Of a stretch of DNA of 64,000 bases, positions 8,706 through 18,661 are shown in pieces (the stretch's first letter is position 1; every line of letters starts with the position of its first letter). This DNA is from Chloroflexota bacterium (lineage in GTDB: Bacteria; Chloroflexota; Dehalococcoidia; Lucifugimonadales; UBA3495). The translations under genes and the position numbers were made by a program. The stretch is from the NCBI GenBank assembly GCA_009840135.1, contig VXOH01000131.1, positions 3,608 to 67,607 of the forward strand, written 5' to 3'. The notes under the pieces were generated by a model. It saw only the letters and a program-made list of their open reading frames with translations, did no database searches and had not been told where the DNA came from.

Positions 8706-9587
8706 CTAATCATACTCCGACAGGCCACCGGAAAGTCTCTCGCTCAACTCCCACAACTCAGCGGCCAGCCCGGTATCGTAGCTGAGACGAGAAGACGGCA
8801 CGGGTTGGCAGTCCATGAAAAATTTGCCGGTAACCCCTTCCACATCGGGCGAAGAAGCCAGGTAAACCGAAGTTTCGGCGCCCCTGGTTACGTCAATGCC
8901 CCGTACACCGATGGAGAAGTTGGCAATCCGGCCCAGAATGCCGTTGTTCAAGGCGATGCTGGTGCGCACCAGCCCGGGATGGAGGGCATTAACCGTAACT
9001 CCGCTGCCTTCCAGGCGGCGGGCCAGTTCGTAGGTGAACAATACGTTGCAAAGCTTGGAGCGGCCGTAGGCCTTGTATCCGCTACCTCGCCCGGGTGAGG
9101 CCAGGTCCTCCAGGGGCAGGGTCCGGGGAGAAAAATGGGAACTGGACGAAACGTTGACAACCCGCGCCGGGGCGGAGGCCTTCAGCAGGTCCAGCAGCAG
9201 CGTGGTCAGAAGAAAGTAGCCCAGGTGGTTGAGGGCAAAGGTCATCTCGATGCCGTCAACGGACTGCCGCCGGGAGAGAAAAATCGCCCCGGCGTTGTTA
9301 AGCAGCACGTCCAGTCCGGTCAGCTGTTCCTTTACCTGCTGGGCCAGCTTCCGCACTTCTTGCTGCGACGACAGATCGGCCAGCAGGAAGCGCACAGAGG
9401 AATTGCCAGTCTCGCTGACGATACGCGCCACGGCGGCTTCGGTTTTGGCGGCGTTGCGGCCCACGACTATGGTTTCTGCACCGAGGCGGGCCAATTCCAG
9501 GGCGGCGGCATAGCCGATGCCGTCGCTGGCTCCGGTAACCAGGCAAGTCTTGCCTTCCATCATCTGCGTTATCCCGGATTGCATCAT
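8706..9587 (-). CDS. SDR family oxidoreductase (retinol-dehydrogenase-like)
   Basis: Has VTGASDGIGYAAALELA, NNAG, and YGRSK. I prefer the start at MMQSGITQMMEGK (9585-9587); the ORF-track start at 9707 would overlap the upstream gene. Confidence 0.8.
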   Translation of the reverse strand: MMQSGITQMMEGKTCLVTGASDGIGYAAALELARLGAETIVVGRNAAKTEAAVARIVSETGNSSVRFLLADLSSQQEVRKLAQQVKEQLTGLDVLLNNAGAIFLSRRQSVDGIEMTFALNHLGYFLLTTLLLDLLKASAPARVVNVSSSSHFSPRTLPLEDLASPGRGSGYKAYGRSKLCNVLFTYELARRLEGSGVTVNALHPGLVRTSIALNNGILGRIANFSIGVRGIDVTRGAETSVYLASSPDVEGVTGKFFMDCQPVPSSRLSYDTGLAAELWELSERLSGGLSEYD

Positions 9588-9660
9588 TGAGTTACCAGGA
9601 CGGGAACTGCGGGTCAGCCTGTGTGCCAGCCCTGGAGACATTCTGATAGTAAGTCCCCAG

Positions 9661-10620
9661 TTAGGCCGAGGGACGCACGCTTTCAAAATACCTTCGGGGG
9701 TTTTCAATCATCATGCGGTCTATGACCTTCTGCGACACGCCGGCATCCATAAGCCGGGGAATGACGGCGCGGCTGAGCCACAGGTAGCCGTCCGGATTCT
9801 GTTCCCGTGTGGGCATACCCGGGGAACCGATGCGGGAAAGGACGATGTTCCAGTCGTGGGACAGCATCATGTGGGAGGCCAGCCCCTCGTCCAGCCGTTC
9901 TTTAAGGTAGTCGGTGCGGTCCTGCCAGGACGGCAGGTTGGGCCGCCCGAAGGGGTTGTTGATGTCCCAGCCCAGCCACACGCCCAGGCGGGCCAGTTCG
10001 TGGTGGTAGTCCGGGTCCAGGGTGTTGTTGATGTGGCCTACGTAGATATTGTGGGGCTCCACGCCCTCTTCCTTGAGGATGCGTACCTGTTCCTCGCCAA
10101 TGCGCGATTCGGCGGGGGTATGGGTGGTGACGGGAACACCGGTACGCAGGTGGGTGCGGGCCGAGGCGCGGAGCATCAGCTCTTCCTGCTCGGTGATGGG
10201 GTCGCTGGTGGCGACCTTGATGATGCCGGCCCTGATTCCGGTCCCCTCGATGCCCTGCTCGATTTCCCGCACCCACAGGTCGGCGATGAAGTCCTTGTCC
10301 CGGCCCCAGAAGCTGCGGGGAACGTCCAGCCAGCAGCCGGTGCAGCAGATGAACTGCACTCCCGTTCGCTCCGACACCTCTTTCATCAGTACCACGTCGC
10401 GACCCAGGTCCAATGGAGAGACTTCGACAACGGTGTCCACGCCGCCCTGCTTTGCCTGGTTGAAAGACTCCAGGGCCATATCCAGAGCCTGATCTCGAAA
10501 TTCCAGCTCGGAATAGGTCTGCCTTATGCCGGCGGAGGAATCAATCAGGTGTTCGTGGGGCAGGGTGAAACCGAGATCCGCCGTATCCAATGGCCCCAGC
10601 ACCGAGTTAATGGTTGCCAT
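9661..10620 (-). CDS. phosphotriesterase-related (PTE family) amidohydrolase
   Basis: Reads MATINSVLGPLDTADLGFTLPHEHL (HxH metal motif) with TIM-barrel length. GGGAGGTG RBS. Confidence 0.85.
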   Translation of the reverse strand: MATINSVLGPLDTADLGFTLPHEHLIDSSAGIRQTYSELEFRDQALDMALESFNQAKQGGVDTVVEVSPLDLGRDVVLMKEVSERTGVQFICCTGCWLDVPRSFWGRDKDFIADLWVREIEQGIEGTGIRAGIIKVATSDPITEQEELMLRASARTHLRTGVPVTTHTPAESRIGEEQVRILKEEGVEPHNIYVGHINNTLDPDYHHELARLGVWLGWDINNPFGRPNLPSWQDRTDYLKERLDEGLASHMMLSHDWNIVLSRIGSPGMPTREQNPDGYLWLSRAVIPRLMDAGVSQKVIDRMMIENPRRYFESVRPSA

Positions 10621-10756
10621 GGCACACCTCCCAAGTGGCCCGGACTTGAGCCGGGCAGTCTGGATTGCGGGATATGTTTGACGGGATTATACAACCACGG
10701 GCCTTCTGCCGGGGGCTCCTGTCGACCGGTTCCGGTCAGTGCAAAGGTAGCCCCCG

Positions 10757-10890
10757 ACAGCCCTTGTGGCTGCCCTGGATTAAACCATCCGACCAGGACG
10801 GCGCATGTCAACATTCAGAGGTAGCGGCCAGGGTTTCGCTTTAGCGGGTTTCGTTTGTGAAACCAGGGCGGGCACAAGGGCCGCCCCTAC
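10757..10890. repeat. two family-C hairpins in a divergent intergenic region
   Basis: acagcccttgtggctgcc at 10757-10776 and gggcgggcacaagggccgcccctac at 10866-10890. Confidence 0.6.
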
Positions 10891-10996
10891 ATATCCAGGT
10901 TGCTTAACTCCTGAAGAGAGGCGCTACCTGCTAGAATCAGCAAAGTGTTTCAATCGAAACAAACCATCAATGACAACCAACGTCAGGAGGTAGGAA

Positions 10997-12148
10997 ATGC
11001 CTCTTCATTTCAGCGAGCAGGAACTGGCCGAGAGAAGAGAGAATGTCATAGCGGAGCTCAACTCCAGGGGCCTGGCGGCCCTGCTGCTGTTCCGGCAGGA
11101 GAGCATGTACTACCTGACCGGGTACGACACCACCGGCTATTCCCAGTTCCAGTGCCTTTACCTGGGCTCCGATGGCAGGCTGGTCCTGCTCACCAGGTCG
11201 GCCGATCTGCGGCAGGCCCGGCTGACCTCCGTAATTGAGGACATCCGCATCTGGGTGGACAGCGCCGACAGCAACCCTGGAGAGGACCTGTGGCAAATCC
11301 TGGAAGAACAGGGATGCCAAGGGAGTAGTGTAGGTGTTGAACTGGAAGCCTGGTGCCTGACCGGCGCCCGCTGGGAGTATGTTAAGGCCGCAGCAAAGGG
11401 CCGGTGCGAGTTTGAGGACTGCTCGGAACTGGTAAGCCAATTTCGCCTGGTCAAGAGCGACGCCGAACTGGCGTACGTCCGAAGGGCCGCAGCGCTGGCC
11501 GACGATGCCCTGGCGGCGGCGCAGCGGCTGGCAAGGCCGGGAGCGCCGGAACAGGAAGTGCTGGCCGGGATGCATTCGGCGGTCTTCCAGGGTGGCGGCG
11601 ACTACGCAGCCTCCCGATACATAATCGGGTCCGGCGAGAACGCCCTGATGGTGCGCAACTTTACCGGCTACCGGATCCTGGAGGCCAACGACCAGCTGCA
11701 GCTGGAGTTCGGCGGCGCTTACCGCCACTACCACTCCTGCCTGATGCGGACGATTCTTACCGGCCAACCCGGCCGGCAGCAACTGGCCATGCACGCAGCC
11801 TGCCGCGAAGCTCTCGAGGCCTGCAAGGAGGCCGCCCGGCCCGGCGGAACCTTCGGCGATATTTTCTCCGCCCACGCCGATGCCCTGGACCGCTCCGGTT
11901 TCGGGGAACACCGGCTGAACGCCTGCGGCTACAGCCTGGGGGCGTTGTACCCGCCCACCTGGATGGACTGGCCCATGATTTACCGGGACAACCCGGTGAA
12001 GATCCAGCCAAACATGGTCATTTTCATGCACATGATCCTGCTGGACTGGGACCGTCGGCTGGCCATGTCCCTGGGAGACACGGTGCTGGTTACCCCGGAT
12101 GGATGCGAGACTTTGACCCGGATGGGTACGGACCTGGTGGTGAACTGA
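10997..12148 (+). CDS. M24 family metallopeptidase (Xaa-Pro peptidase / creatinase-like)
   Basis: Has a creatinase-type N-domain (LLLFRQESMYYLTGYDT) and a pita-bread C-domain (HSCLMRTI..., GYSLG...). Confidence 0.8.
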   Translation: MPLHFSEQELAERRENVIAELNSRGLAALLLFRQESMYYLTGYDTTGYSQFQCLYLGSDGRLVLLTRSADLRQARLTSVIEDIRIWVDSADSNPGEDLWQILEEQGCQGSSVGVELEAWCLTGARWEYVKAAAKGRCEFEDCSELVSQFRLVKSDAELAYVRRAAALADDALAAAQRLARPGAPEQEVLAGMHSAVFQGGGDYAASRYIIGSGENALMVRNFTGYRILEANDQLQLEFGGAYRHYHSCLMRTILTGQPGRQQLAMHAACREALEACKEAARPGGTFGDIFSAHADALDRSGFGEHRLNACGYSLGALYPPTWMDWPMIYRDNPVKIQPNMVIFMHMILLDWDRRLAMSLGDTVLVTPDGCETLTRMGTDLVVN

Positions 12149-12185
12149 CCCGCCGGCACGCAAGGAATATCGCATTGTCGAGCCA

Positions 12186-12315
12186 AAATCCCCTTCCCCC
12201 TTGATGGGGGAAGGCTGGGATGGGGGTGGGGTCCGGGTCGTTTTAAGCAACACCCCCTCACCCTGACCCTCTCCCGCCAGGCGGAACGCCCGCCTATGGC
12301 GGGGGAGAGGGGACT
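12186..12315. repeat. inverted pair of family-B elements (tcccct.ccccc-loop-ggggga.gg..gggtgggggtg type)
   Basis: 12186-12235 is in + orientation and 12251-12315 is inverted, about 15 bp apart, with no ORF between them. Confidence 0.7.
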
Positions 12316-12425
12316 TTGCAATCTTCCCGCCCCCACACGGCTGTCTCTGACAGCGCTCCCTGCGCGGGATATAATTGATTGAGGTGGGCTACAGCCGCTC
12401 TAGAGGGGGCTTTTGCGGAGACGGC

Positions 12426-14033
12426 ATGGACGTAATCGGCTCGAACCTGAGAACCGGTGACGGTAATTTCCTGGACAACCAGGCCCGTATGGGGGCCATG
12501 GTCAAGGAGTTGAAAGACCGGTTGGGGCAGGCGCGGCTGGGCGGCGGGCAGCGGACGGTGGACCTGCACCGCAGCCGGGGCAAGCTGCTGGCCCGGGAAC
12601 GAATTGACCGGCTGGTTGATGTCAACACCCCCTTCCTGGAACTGAGTCCCCTGGCCGCGTGGGACATGTACGACGGCGAGGTTGCTTCGGCCGGAATCGT
12701 CACGGGCATCGGCGTGGTCCACGGGAAAGAGGTGGTTATCGTCGCCAACGACGCCACGGTCAAAGGCGGCACATACTTCCCCATAACCGTCAAGAAGCAC
12801 CTGCGGGCCCAGGAAATAGCGCTGGAAAACCATTTGCCCTGCATTTACCTGGTGGATTCGGGAGGAGCGTACCTGCCCCTGCAGGCCGAGGTCTTTCCGG
12901 ACCGCGACCACTTCGGGCGCATTTTCTACAACCAGGCGCAAATGTCCGCGCTGGGTATTCCCCAGGTGGCGGTGGTCATGGGTTCCTGCACCGCCGGCGG
13001 CGCCTACATCCCGGCCATGAGCGACGAGGTGGTGATGGTGCGGCAGCAGGGAACCATTTTCCTGGGCGGCCCGCCCCTGGTGCGGGCGGCCACGGGAGAG
13101 GAGGTGGACCCGGAATCCCTGGGCGGCGCGGAAGTCCATACCCGCACATCGGGGGTGGCCGACCACCTGGCAGGGGACGATGTGGATGCCCTGGCCATCA
13201 CCCGCAACATTGTGGAGAATTTTGTAAGGCGGCGCGACCTTCCTTTCGAAGTCACCACCGCCGAACCGCCGGCCCACGACCCGGCGGAGCTTTACGGTAT
13301 CGTGTCTCCCGACAACCGGCGGCAGTACGACGTGCGGGAAGTAATCGCCCGCATCGTGGACGGCAGCCGCTTCCACGAGTTCAAGGCCGGCTATGGAGAA
13401 ACCCTGGTCTGCGGCTTTTCCCGCATCTGGGGCTATCCGGTGGGCGTGGTCGCCAACAACGGCGTGCTGTTCTCCGAAAGCGCTCTCAAGGGCACGCAGT
13501 TCGTGGAACTGTGCAGCCAGCGGGGAATTCCCCTGCTGTTCCTGCAGAACATTACCGGCTTCATGGTGGGCCGCCAGTACGAGGCCGGGGGCATAGCCAA
13601 GGACGGCGCCAAGATGGTCATGGCCGTTAGCAACGCCGCGGTACCCAAGTTTACCGTCATCATTGGCAGTTCCTTCGGCGCGGGAAACTACGGCATGTGC
13701 GGCAGGGCCTACCAGCCCCGCTTTCTTTGGGCATGGCCCAACGCCCGAATCTCGGTCATGGGCGGCCAGCAGGCGGCCGAGGTGCTGCTGACGGTGCGGC
13801 TGCAACAACTGGAGCGAGAGGGCCGCACCATGGAACAGGAGGAGAGGGACGCCCTGCAGGCCCCCATCCTGGAAAAGTACGAGGAAGAGAGCGATCCCTA
13901 CTACAGCACCGCCCGCCTCTGGGACGACGGCATTATAGATCCGGTGGACACCCGGGACATGGTGGGCCTGGGCATAGCGGCTTCCCTCAACGCTCCCTTC
14001 CCGGAACGGAAGCAGGGCGTATTCCGGATGTGA
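12426..14033 (+). CDS. acyl-CoA carboxylase carboxyltransferase subunit (methylcrotonyl-CoA carboxylase beta type)
   Basis: Reads [15 protein letters not shown]...[43 protein letters not shown]...[14 protein letters not shown]. Start taken at MDVIGS. Confidence 0.9.
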   Translation: MDVIGSNLRTGDGNFLDNQARMGAMVKELKDRLGQARLGGGQRTVDLHRSRGKLLARERIDRLVDVNTPFLELSPLAAWDMYDGEVASAGIVTGIGVVHGKEVVIVANDATVKGGTYFPITVKKHLRAQEIALENHLPCIYLVDSGGAYLPLQAEVFPDRDHFGRIFYNQAQMSALGIPQVAVVMGSCTAGGAYIPAMSDEVVMVRQQGTIFLGGPPLVRAATGEEVDPESLGGAEVHTRTSGVADHLAGDDVDALAITRNIVENFVRRRDLPFEVTTAEPPAHDPAELYGIVSPDNRRQYDVREVIARIVDGSRFHEFKAGYGETLVCGFSRIWGYPVGVVANNGVLFSESALKGTQFVELCSQRGIPLLFLQNITGFMVGRQYEAGGIAKDGAKMVMAVSNAAVPKFTVIIGSSFGAGNYGMCGRAYQPRFLWAWPNARISVMGGQQAAEVLLTVRLQQLEREGRTMEQEERDALQAPILEKYEEESDPYYSTARLWDDGIIDPVDTRDMVGLGIAASLNAPFPERKQGVFRM

Positions 14034-14056
14034 TGGCAAGCGCTACACTTACCTTC

Positions 14057-14142
14057 GTTCCGGCGCAGGCGGGAACCTCGATGGCTACGAAAGGGCACCA
14101 TCAACCCAATCCTAACCTTCCCCCGTCAAGGGGAAAGGGACT
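14057..14142. repeat. family-D hairpin (14057-14076) plus family-B element (14111-14142)
   Basis: gttccggcgcaggcgggaac and cctaaccttcccccgtcaaggggaaagggact, in the gap between the CT and BC genes. Confidence 0.6.
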
Positions 14143-14187
14143 TGTTCAGCGGTTGCCCAAGGCAGCACTGGCACATCTCGTGAGGAC

Positions 14188-15702
14188 ATGCACCAGCCCA
14201 TGTTCACCAAAGTCCTGGTAGCCAATCGCGGCGAGATAGCCGTCCGCATTAACCAGAGCCTGCGGGCGATGGGAATCGCACCCATCGCAGTCTATTCCGA
14301 TGCGGATGCCGGAGCTCCTCACGTGGCGTCGGCTGACTACTCCGTGGCCCTGCCCGGTAACACCGCCGAAGAAACCTACCTGAACATCCCCGTGATAGTA
14401 AAGGCGGCCTTGGACTGCGGCGCAGACGCCATTCATCCGGGCTACGGCTTCCTTTCCGAAAATCCCGAGTTTGCGCGGGCCTGCCATGAGGCCGGCATGA
14501 CCTTCATTGGCCCAACCCCGGAAAGCATGGAAGCCCTGGGAGACAAAGTCCGTTCCAAGGAAATCGCCCAGCGCGCCGGGGTACCGGTGGTGCCGAGTTC
14601 GCCTGTCTGCCGTCCGAGAGACAATGCGACCAGGGAATTCGCGGAACAGTGGGGCTATCCGTTGATGGTTAAGGCCGCTGCCGGGGGTGGCGGCCGGGGT
14701 ATGCGTCTGGTGCAGGACCGCCAGGACCTGGACAGGGCCGTCGAATCCGCCGGGCGGGAGGCGCTGGCCGCTTTTGGGGACGGGAGGGTATTCCTGGAGC
14801 GATACATCGCCAACCCCCGCCACGTGGAGGTGCAGGTAATGGCCGACAGCTTCGGTCATACCATCAACCTGGGCGAACGGGAATGCAGCATCCAGCGCCG
14901 CCACCAGAAGATAATAGAAGAAACACCTTCGCCGGCCGTTACCCCGGAATTGCGCCGCAGAATGGGCGAGGCGGCCGTGGCTATAGCCCGAGAAGCCGGC
15001 TACGTAAACGCCGGTACGGCCGAGTTTCTGCTGGACCCGCAGAGCGGCGAGTATTTCTTCCTGGAAATGAACGCCCGCCTTCAGGTGGAGCACCCCATCA
15101 CCGAGGCCGTCCTGGGACTGGACATGGTGGAGTGGCAAATCCGCATCGCCAGCGGCGAACCGCTGACGCTGAGGCAGGAAGAGATTCAGCCCAGAGGCCA
15201 TGCCATAGAATGCCGCATTTACGCCGAAGACCCTTACCGCGACTTCGCTCCCTCCACGGGAACGCTGCTGCGCTGGCGTCCGCCCAGCGGAGCCGGCCTG
15301 CGCCTGGACAGCGGCGTGGCCGAGGGCCAGGAGGTCTCCATCTACTACGACCCCATGCTGGCGAAGCTGATAGCCTGGGCGCCGAACCGTGACTTGAGCC
15401 TGCGCCGCATGGAGGTTGCCCTGTCCCAGTTCCAGGCACTGGGTGTCATCACCAACATACCCGTGTTGCGGGCGGTGGTGAACCACCCCCAGTTTCAGGC
15501 GGGAGCATACGACACGGGCTTCCTGGAGTGGAATCCGGCGGTGACGGCACCCCTCATCGCCGAGGATACCCAAACGCTAGCCCGGACACTGGCGGCGTGG
15601 TCCGCCACTCGGCCCGTTGCCACGACTTCTCCGGAAGCGGGAACCGACATCAGGGCCGGCCGTCGTCCCTGGCAGTCGGTCGGCCAGCGGACGCTGCCAT
15701 GA
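14188..15702 (+). CDS. biotin carboxylase subunit of acyl-CoA carboxylase (alpha subunit, BC part)
   Basis: Reads KVLVANRGEIAVRI..., ATP-grasp MVKAAAGGGGRGMRLV, EMNARLQVEHPITE. It stops where the BT/BCCP region would begin. Confidence 0.9.
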   Translation: MHQPMFTKVLVANRGEIAVRINQSLRAMGIAPIAVYSDADAGAPHVASADYSVALPGNTAEETYLNIPVIVKAALDCGADAIHPGYGFLSENPEFARACHEAGMTFIGPTPESMEALGDKVRSKEIAQRAGVPVVPSSPVCRPRDNATREFAEQWGYPLMVKAAAGGGGRGMRLVQDRQDLDRAVESAGREALAAFGDGRVFLERYIANPRHVEVQVMADSFGHTINLGERECSIQRRHQKIIEETPSPAVTPELRRRMGEAAVAIAREAGYVNAGTAEFLLDPQSGEYFFLEMNARLQVEHPITEAVLGLDMVEWQIRIASGEPLTLRQEEIQPRGHAIECRIYAEDPYRDFAPSTGTLLRWRPPSGAGLRLDSGVAEGQEVSIYYDPMLAKLIAWAPNRDLSLRRMEVALSQFQALGVITNIPVLRAVVNHPQFQAGAYDTGFLEWNPAVTAPLIAEDTQTLARTLAAWSATRPVATTSPEAGTDIRAGRRPWQSVGQRTLP

Positions 15703-16238
15703 CCTCCACCGATGGACACATGCGCGAGGTATATCCGGTTGGTGGAGAGTCCTACCGCTACCGGATTGCGGATATGGACGGCCTGTTCACCATTGAGGTG
15801 GAAGGAGAAGGGCCGACGGGGCCGAAAGCAGAGATTACGATTGGCATTGAGTCCCGGCAGGCTGGGGAAGGGCTGTGCCGTACCCAGTCGGGCCGGACGC
15901 ACCCCTTTGCCTGGGCCTGGGTGGGAACAGAGTTGCATTTGTGGCTGGACGGCCAGCTGTTCGTGTTCGAAAGAGCGGAGACCCGGCGGCGGGGTGGCGC
16001 TGAAAACAATGAGGCCTCCGGGGACATAGTGGCCCCCATGCCCGGGGCTGTGCTGGAGGTGCTGGTCGGTGAAGGAGAACGGGTGGAGGCCGGCCAGACC
16101 ATACTTCTGCTGGAGTCCATGAAGATGGAACTGGCCATCACCGCCCCCCGCAGCGGTGTGGTGCGCCGGGTGGCGGTACAACCTGGCCAGCAGGTGGAAC
16201 GGGGAATGCGGTTGGTGGAACTGGAAGGGGAGGGGTGA
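15699..16238 (+). CDS. biotin/lipoyl-attachment (BCCP) protein, C-terminal part of the carboxylase alpha subunit
   Basis: The ATG overlaps the upstream TGA (ATGA at 15699-15702). Reads APMPGAVLEVLVGEGERVEAGQTILLLESMKMELAI, with the biotinyl Lys at 16122-16124. Confidence 0.8.
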   Translation: MTSTDGHMREVYPVGGESYRYRIADMDGLFTIEVEGEGPTGPKAEITIGIESRQAGEGLCRTQSGRTHPFAWAWVGTELHLWLDGQLFVFERAETRRRGGAENNEASGDIVAPMPGAVLEVLVGEGERVEAGQTILLLESMKMELAITAPRSGVVRRVAVQPGQQVERGMRLVELEGEG

Positions 16239-16248
16239 CATTCTGCCA

Positions 16249-16277
16249 TAGTAAACGAATTGGCGAAGGGCTATAAT
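16249..16277 (+). promoter_or_regulatory. possible promoter with perfect TATAAT (16272-16277) 8 nt from the ATG (leaderless candidate)
   Basis: Perfect TATAAT; weak -35 (tagtaa) at 17-nt spacing; no Shine-Dalgarno before the ATG at 16286. Confidence 0.25.
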
Positions 16278-16285
16278 CGCCAAAT

Positions 16286-16801
16286 ATGACGGAATTCTGG
16301 ACCACCAATTGGGGCGATGCGGCCACGGCCCTTGGAATTTTAGTATCCCTTATCGGCCTCGGTTGGGCCATCAGGGAAGCCCACGGCGCCAGGTCGGCTG
16401 CCCAGGCAGCGCAAATTGCGGCAAACGAGGCCAGGGACCGGATGGCCCGCCACTTGCAGGCGGTAGATCTCCAGCGCGGCATCGGGCTGATAGGGCGCAT
16501 CAAAGACCTGCACGCCAATAACAGGTGGGAGGCGGCCACGGAGCATTACCAGACTTTGAGGGAAATGCTTTCGGATGTTATCGTGCGTTGTCCTGAGGAA
16601 AAGACAGAGTTTCGCCAAAAGCTGGCAATAGCTAGATCTAACATTACCGCGATGGACAACCGGGTTCGAGAGCGTGGCGCCGAAGGCGTCTCTGAAGATG
16701 ACCGTTCGCAATTTGGTCAAGGCCTCAACGACATTCAAAGTGATTTAGAAGAACTGGCGAGCGACCTTGGATTTGGCGATGCCCCAGGAGGCACAGCATG
16801 A
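16286..16801 (+). CDS. hypothetical protein, N-terminal TM helix plus helical region
   Basis: 171 aa with a TM segment ATALGILVSLIGLGWAI. No family recognised. AT-richer than the flanks. Confidence 0.55.
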   Translation: MTEFWTTNWGDAATALGILVSLIGLGWAIREAHGARSAAQAAQIAANEARDRMARHLQAVDLQRGIGLIGRIKDLHANNRWEAATEHYQTLREMLSDVIVRCPEEKTEFRQKLAIARSNITAMDNRVRERGAEGVSEDDRSQFGQGLNDIQSDLEELASDLGFGDAPGGTA

Positions 16802-17127
16802 CTGATTTGGGACATATCCTGGCAGGTCTGGTTCAACGAACCGATGAAGGCAGCTTGAAGTGGAACCGTACCGTCCAGAATAATCAATTCGTTACTGCCC
16901 TGGATGCAATAGTAATTGCGGTCGTTGAGTATGAAGCAGACTGGGGCAAGCGCAGGTATCGCCTCGACATATTTGATGAAGCTGGGGAACTGGCTGACTC
17001 CTTCGATTTCCGAGATACGACTCCAGAGCAGGTATCACAGTTGGAACGTCTTTTCGTCCTTGCCCGACGTTCGGCAAACAAAGTCGATTCAACATTGCAG
17101 AAAATAGCCAGGGCGCTCGAGATATAG
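16798..17127 (+). CDS. hypothetical soluble protein
   Basis: 109 aa; the ATG overlaps the upstream TGA (ATGA). No family recognised. Markedly AT-richer. Confidence 0.55.
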   Translation: MTDLGHILAGLVQRTDEGSLKWNRTVQNNQFVTALDAIVIAVVEYEADWGKRRYRLDIFDEAGELADSFDFRDTTPEQVSQLERLFVLARRSANKVDSTLQKIARALEI

Positions 17128-17247
17128 TTAGTTTCTAGCATAAGAGGTCCATCTCCTTTGACCCCTTCGCGATACGAAAATAGGCTCAAATTACCTGGTA
17201 ACTCAGTCGCTGGGCCGAGTCTATGCTCAAGATTCTGAGGACAAACC

Positions 17248-18108
17248 ATGGCTGAAATCTATACCCTGGGCGCTGGGACTCCCACGCCTACGCCCACCCG
17301 CTTCGGCAGTTCCCACGTGCTCAGGCTCGGCGGCCAACTGTTGATGTTTGACTGCGGGCCGGCCACCACCCACAAGCTGGTCAAGGCTGGGCTCTTTCCC
17401 ACCCGGGTGGACTACCTGTTCTTCACCCACCACCACTTTGACCACGACATTGATTATCCCTGCTTCCTGCTGTGCCGCTGGGACCAGAGCATCGGCAAGG
17501 AGAACCGGTTGCAGGTCTTCGGCCCAGACCTCACGGAAAAGATTACGGAGGGCATTCTGGGCGAAAACGGCCTCTTCTCCCACGACTGGAAGGCCCGGGT
17601 CAACCACCCCCTCAGCCAGCAGGTCTTCGTAAACCGGGGCGGCACCCTGCCCCGGCCCGCTCCGTCGGTGGACGCAAAGGACGTGGGACCGGGCAAGGTG
17701 TTCAACGGGCCCGACTGGGAGGTTACCTCCGCCCCCGCCGAGCACGTTCAGCCTTACCTGGACTCCCTGGCCTACCGGGTGGACTCCTCCGAGGGAAGCG
17801 TCATATTCACCGGCGACACCCAGCCCTGCGATTCCGTGACCGAACTGGCACGGGGCGCGGACATGATGCTTTGCATGTGCTGGGATGACCAGGCGGTGAT
17901 GGACGCCAACGGGGAATACACCGGCCAGTGCGGCACCACTGGCGCGGCCCGCATGGCCCAGGCCGCCGGGGTGAAGAAACTGGTGCTGGTCCACGTGGGG
18001 CCTCATCTGTCCTCACACGGTCCCATGGAGCAGGGTATTGGGGACGTGAGCAGAATTTACGACGGCGAGATAGTCTTCTCGGAAGAATTGATGCGCATTT
18101 CGTTGTAA
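17248..18108 (+). CDS. MBL fold metallo-hydrolase
   Basis: Has the THHHFDHD (HxHxDH) motif; GAGGA RBS. Confidence 0.85.
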   Translation: MAEIYTLGAGTPTPTPTRFGSSHVLRLGGQLLMFDCGPATTHKLVKAGLFPTRVDYLFFTHHHFDHDIDYPCFLLCRWDQSIGKENRLQVFGPDLTEKITEGILGENGLFSHDWKARVNHPLSQQVFVNRGGTLPRPAPSVDAKDVGPGKVFNGPDWEVTSAPAEHVQPYLDSLAYRVDSSEGSVIFTGDTQPCDSVTELARGADMMLCMCWDDQAVMDANGEYTGQCGTTGAARMAQAAGVKKLVLVHVGPHLSSHGPMEQGIGDVSRIYDGEIVFSEELMRISL

Positions 18109-18188
18109 AATGGCCGAGACGACTTGTTAGCAAACTCGGCGCCCTTCACCCAAGCAGCCCTGGCAAGCCTCAACAAGGAGCAGATGAC

Positions 18189-18584
18189 ATGACTACCACT
18201 GAACAGCAGTCCGGCCTCAAGCCCTACGTGGTACACGCCGTGGGCGACGCCTCGGAAACCACCCAGACGCCTGGCATGGTACGCCAGCCGGCGGTGATGC
18301 CCGAAAAGGGCGATACCACCAAGATCTGGATGGGCAAGGTCACCGCCGCGCCCATGGAAAAGGGCCCTCCCCACACCCACCTGGAAGCCGAAACCGCGGC
18401 CTATGTGCTCCAGGGCCGGGTAAGGGTATTGTTCGGAAAGGACTTCGAGGAGTGGATAGAGGCAGGGCCCGGCGACTTCCTTTTCGTGCCGGCCCATACC
18501 GCCCACATAGAGGAAAATCCCTACGACGAGGAAATGGTTGCCATCCTGTGCCGGGCGCCGGACAACATCGTACAGAATCTTTAG
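18189..18584 (+). CDS. cupin domain-containing protein
   Basis: Reads GPPHTHLEAETAAYVLQG...GDFLFVPAHTAH (two cupin motifs). Start taken at MTTTEQQ with AAGGAG upstream. Confidence 0.75.
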   Translation: MTTTEQQSGLKPYVVHAVGDASETTQTPGMVRQPAVMPEKGDTTKIWMGKVTAAPMEKGPPHTHLEAETAAYVLQGRVRVLFGKDFEEWIEAGPGDFLFVPAHTAHIEENPYDEEMVAILCRAPDNIVQNL

Positions 18585-18633
18585 CCCGGTGCCTCGCTTG
18601 TCACTCGGCGCAGAGTATGAAGCTCCTTTTACT

Positions 18634-18661
18634 GTAGGGGCGCTTCGCGAAGCGCCCCTAC
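18634..18661. repeat. 28-nt perfect palindrome (family C variant), terminator-like
   Basis: gtaggggcgcttcgcgaagcgcccctac, 50 nt after the cupin stop; no T-run. Confidence 0.6.

Noticed and set aside
9517-15573. Very long opposite-strand ORFs (9517..10824 +, 10967..12253 -, 12294..14039 -, 14146..15573 -; likewise 26293..27786 -, 22807-region + ORFs and many inside the PKS)
   Set aside because: These are typical stop-free mirror frames of GC-rich genes. Their partner strands carry unambiguous enzyme motifs, while these translate to Arg/Gly/Pro/Ala-rich low-complexity strings.
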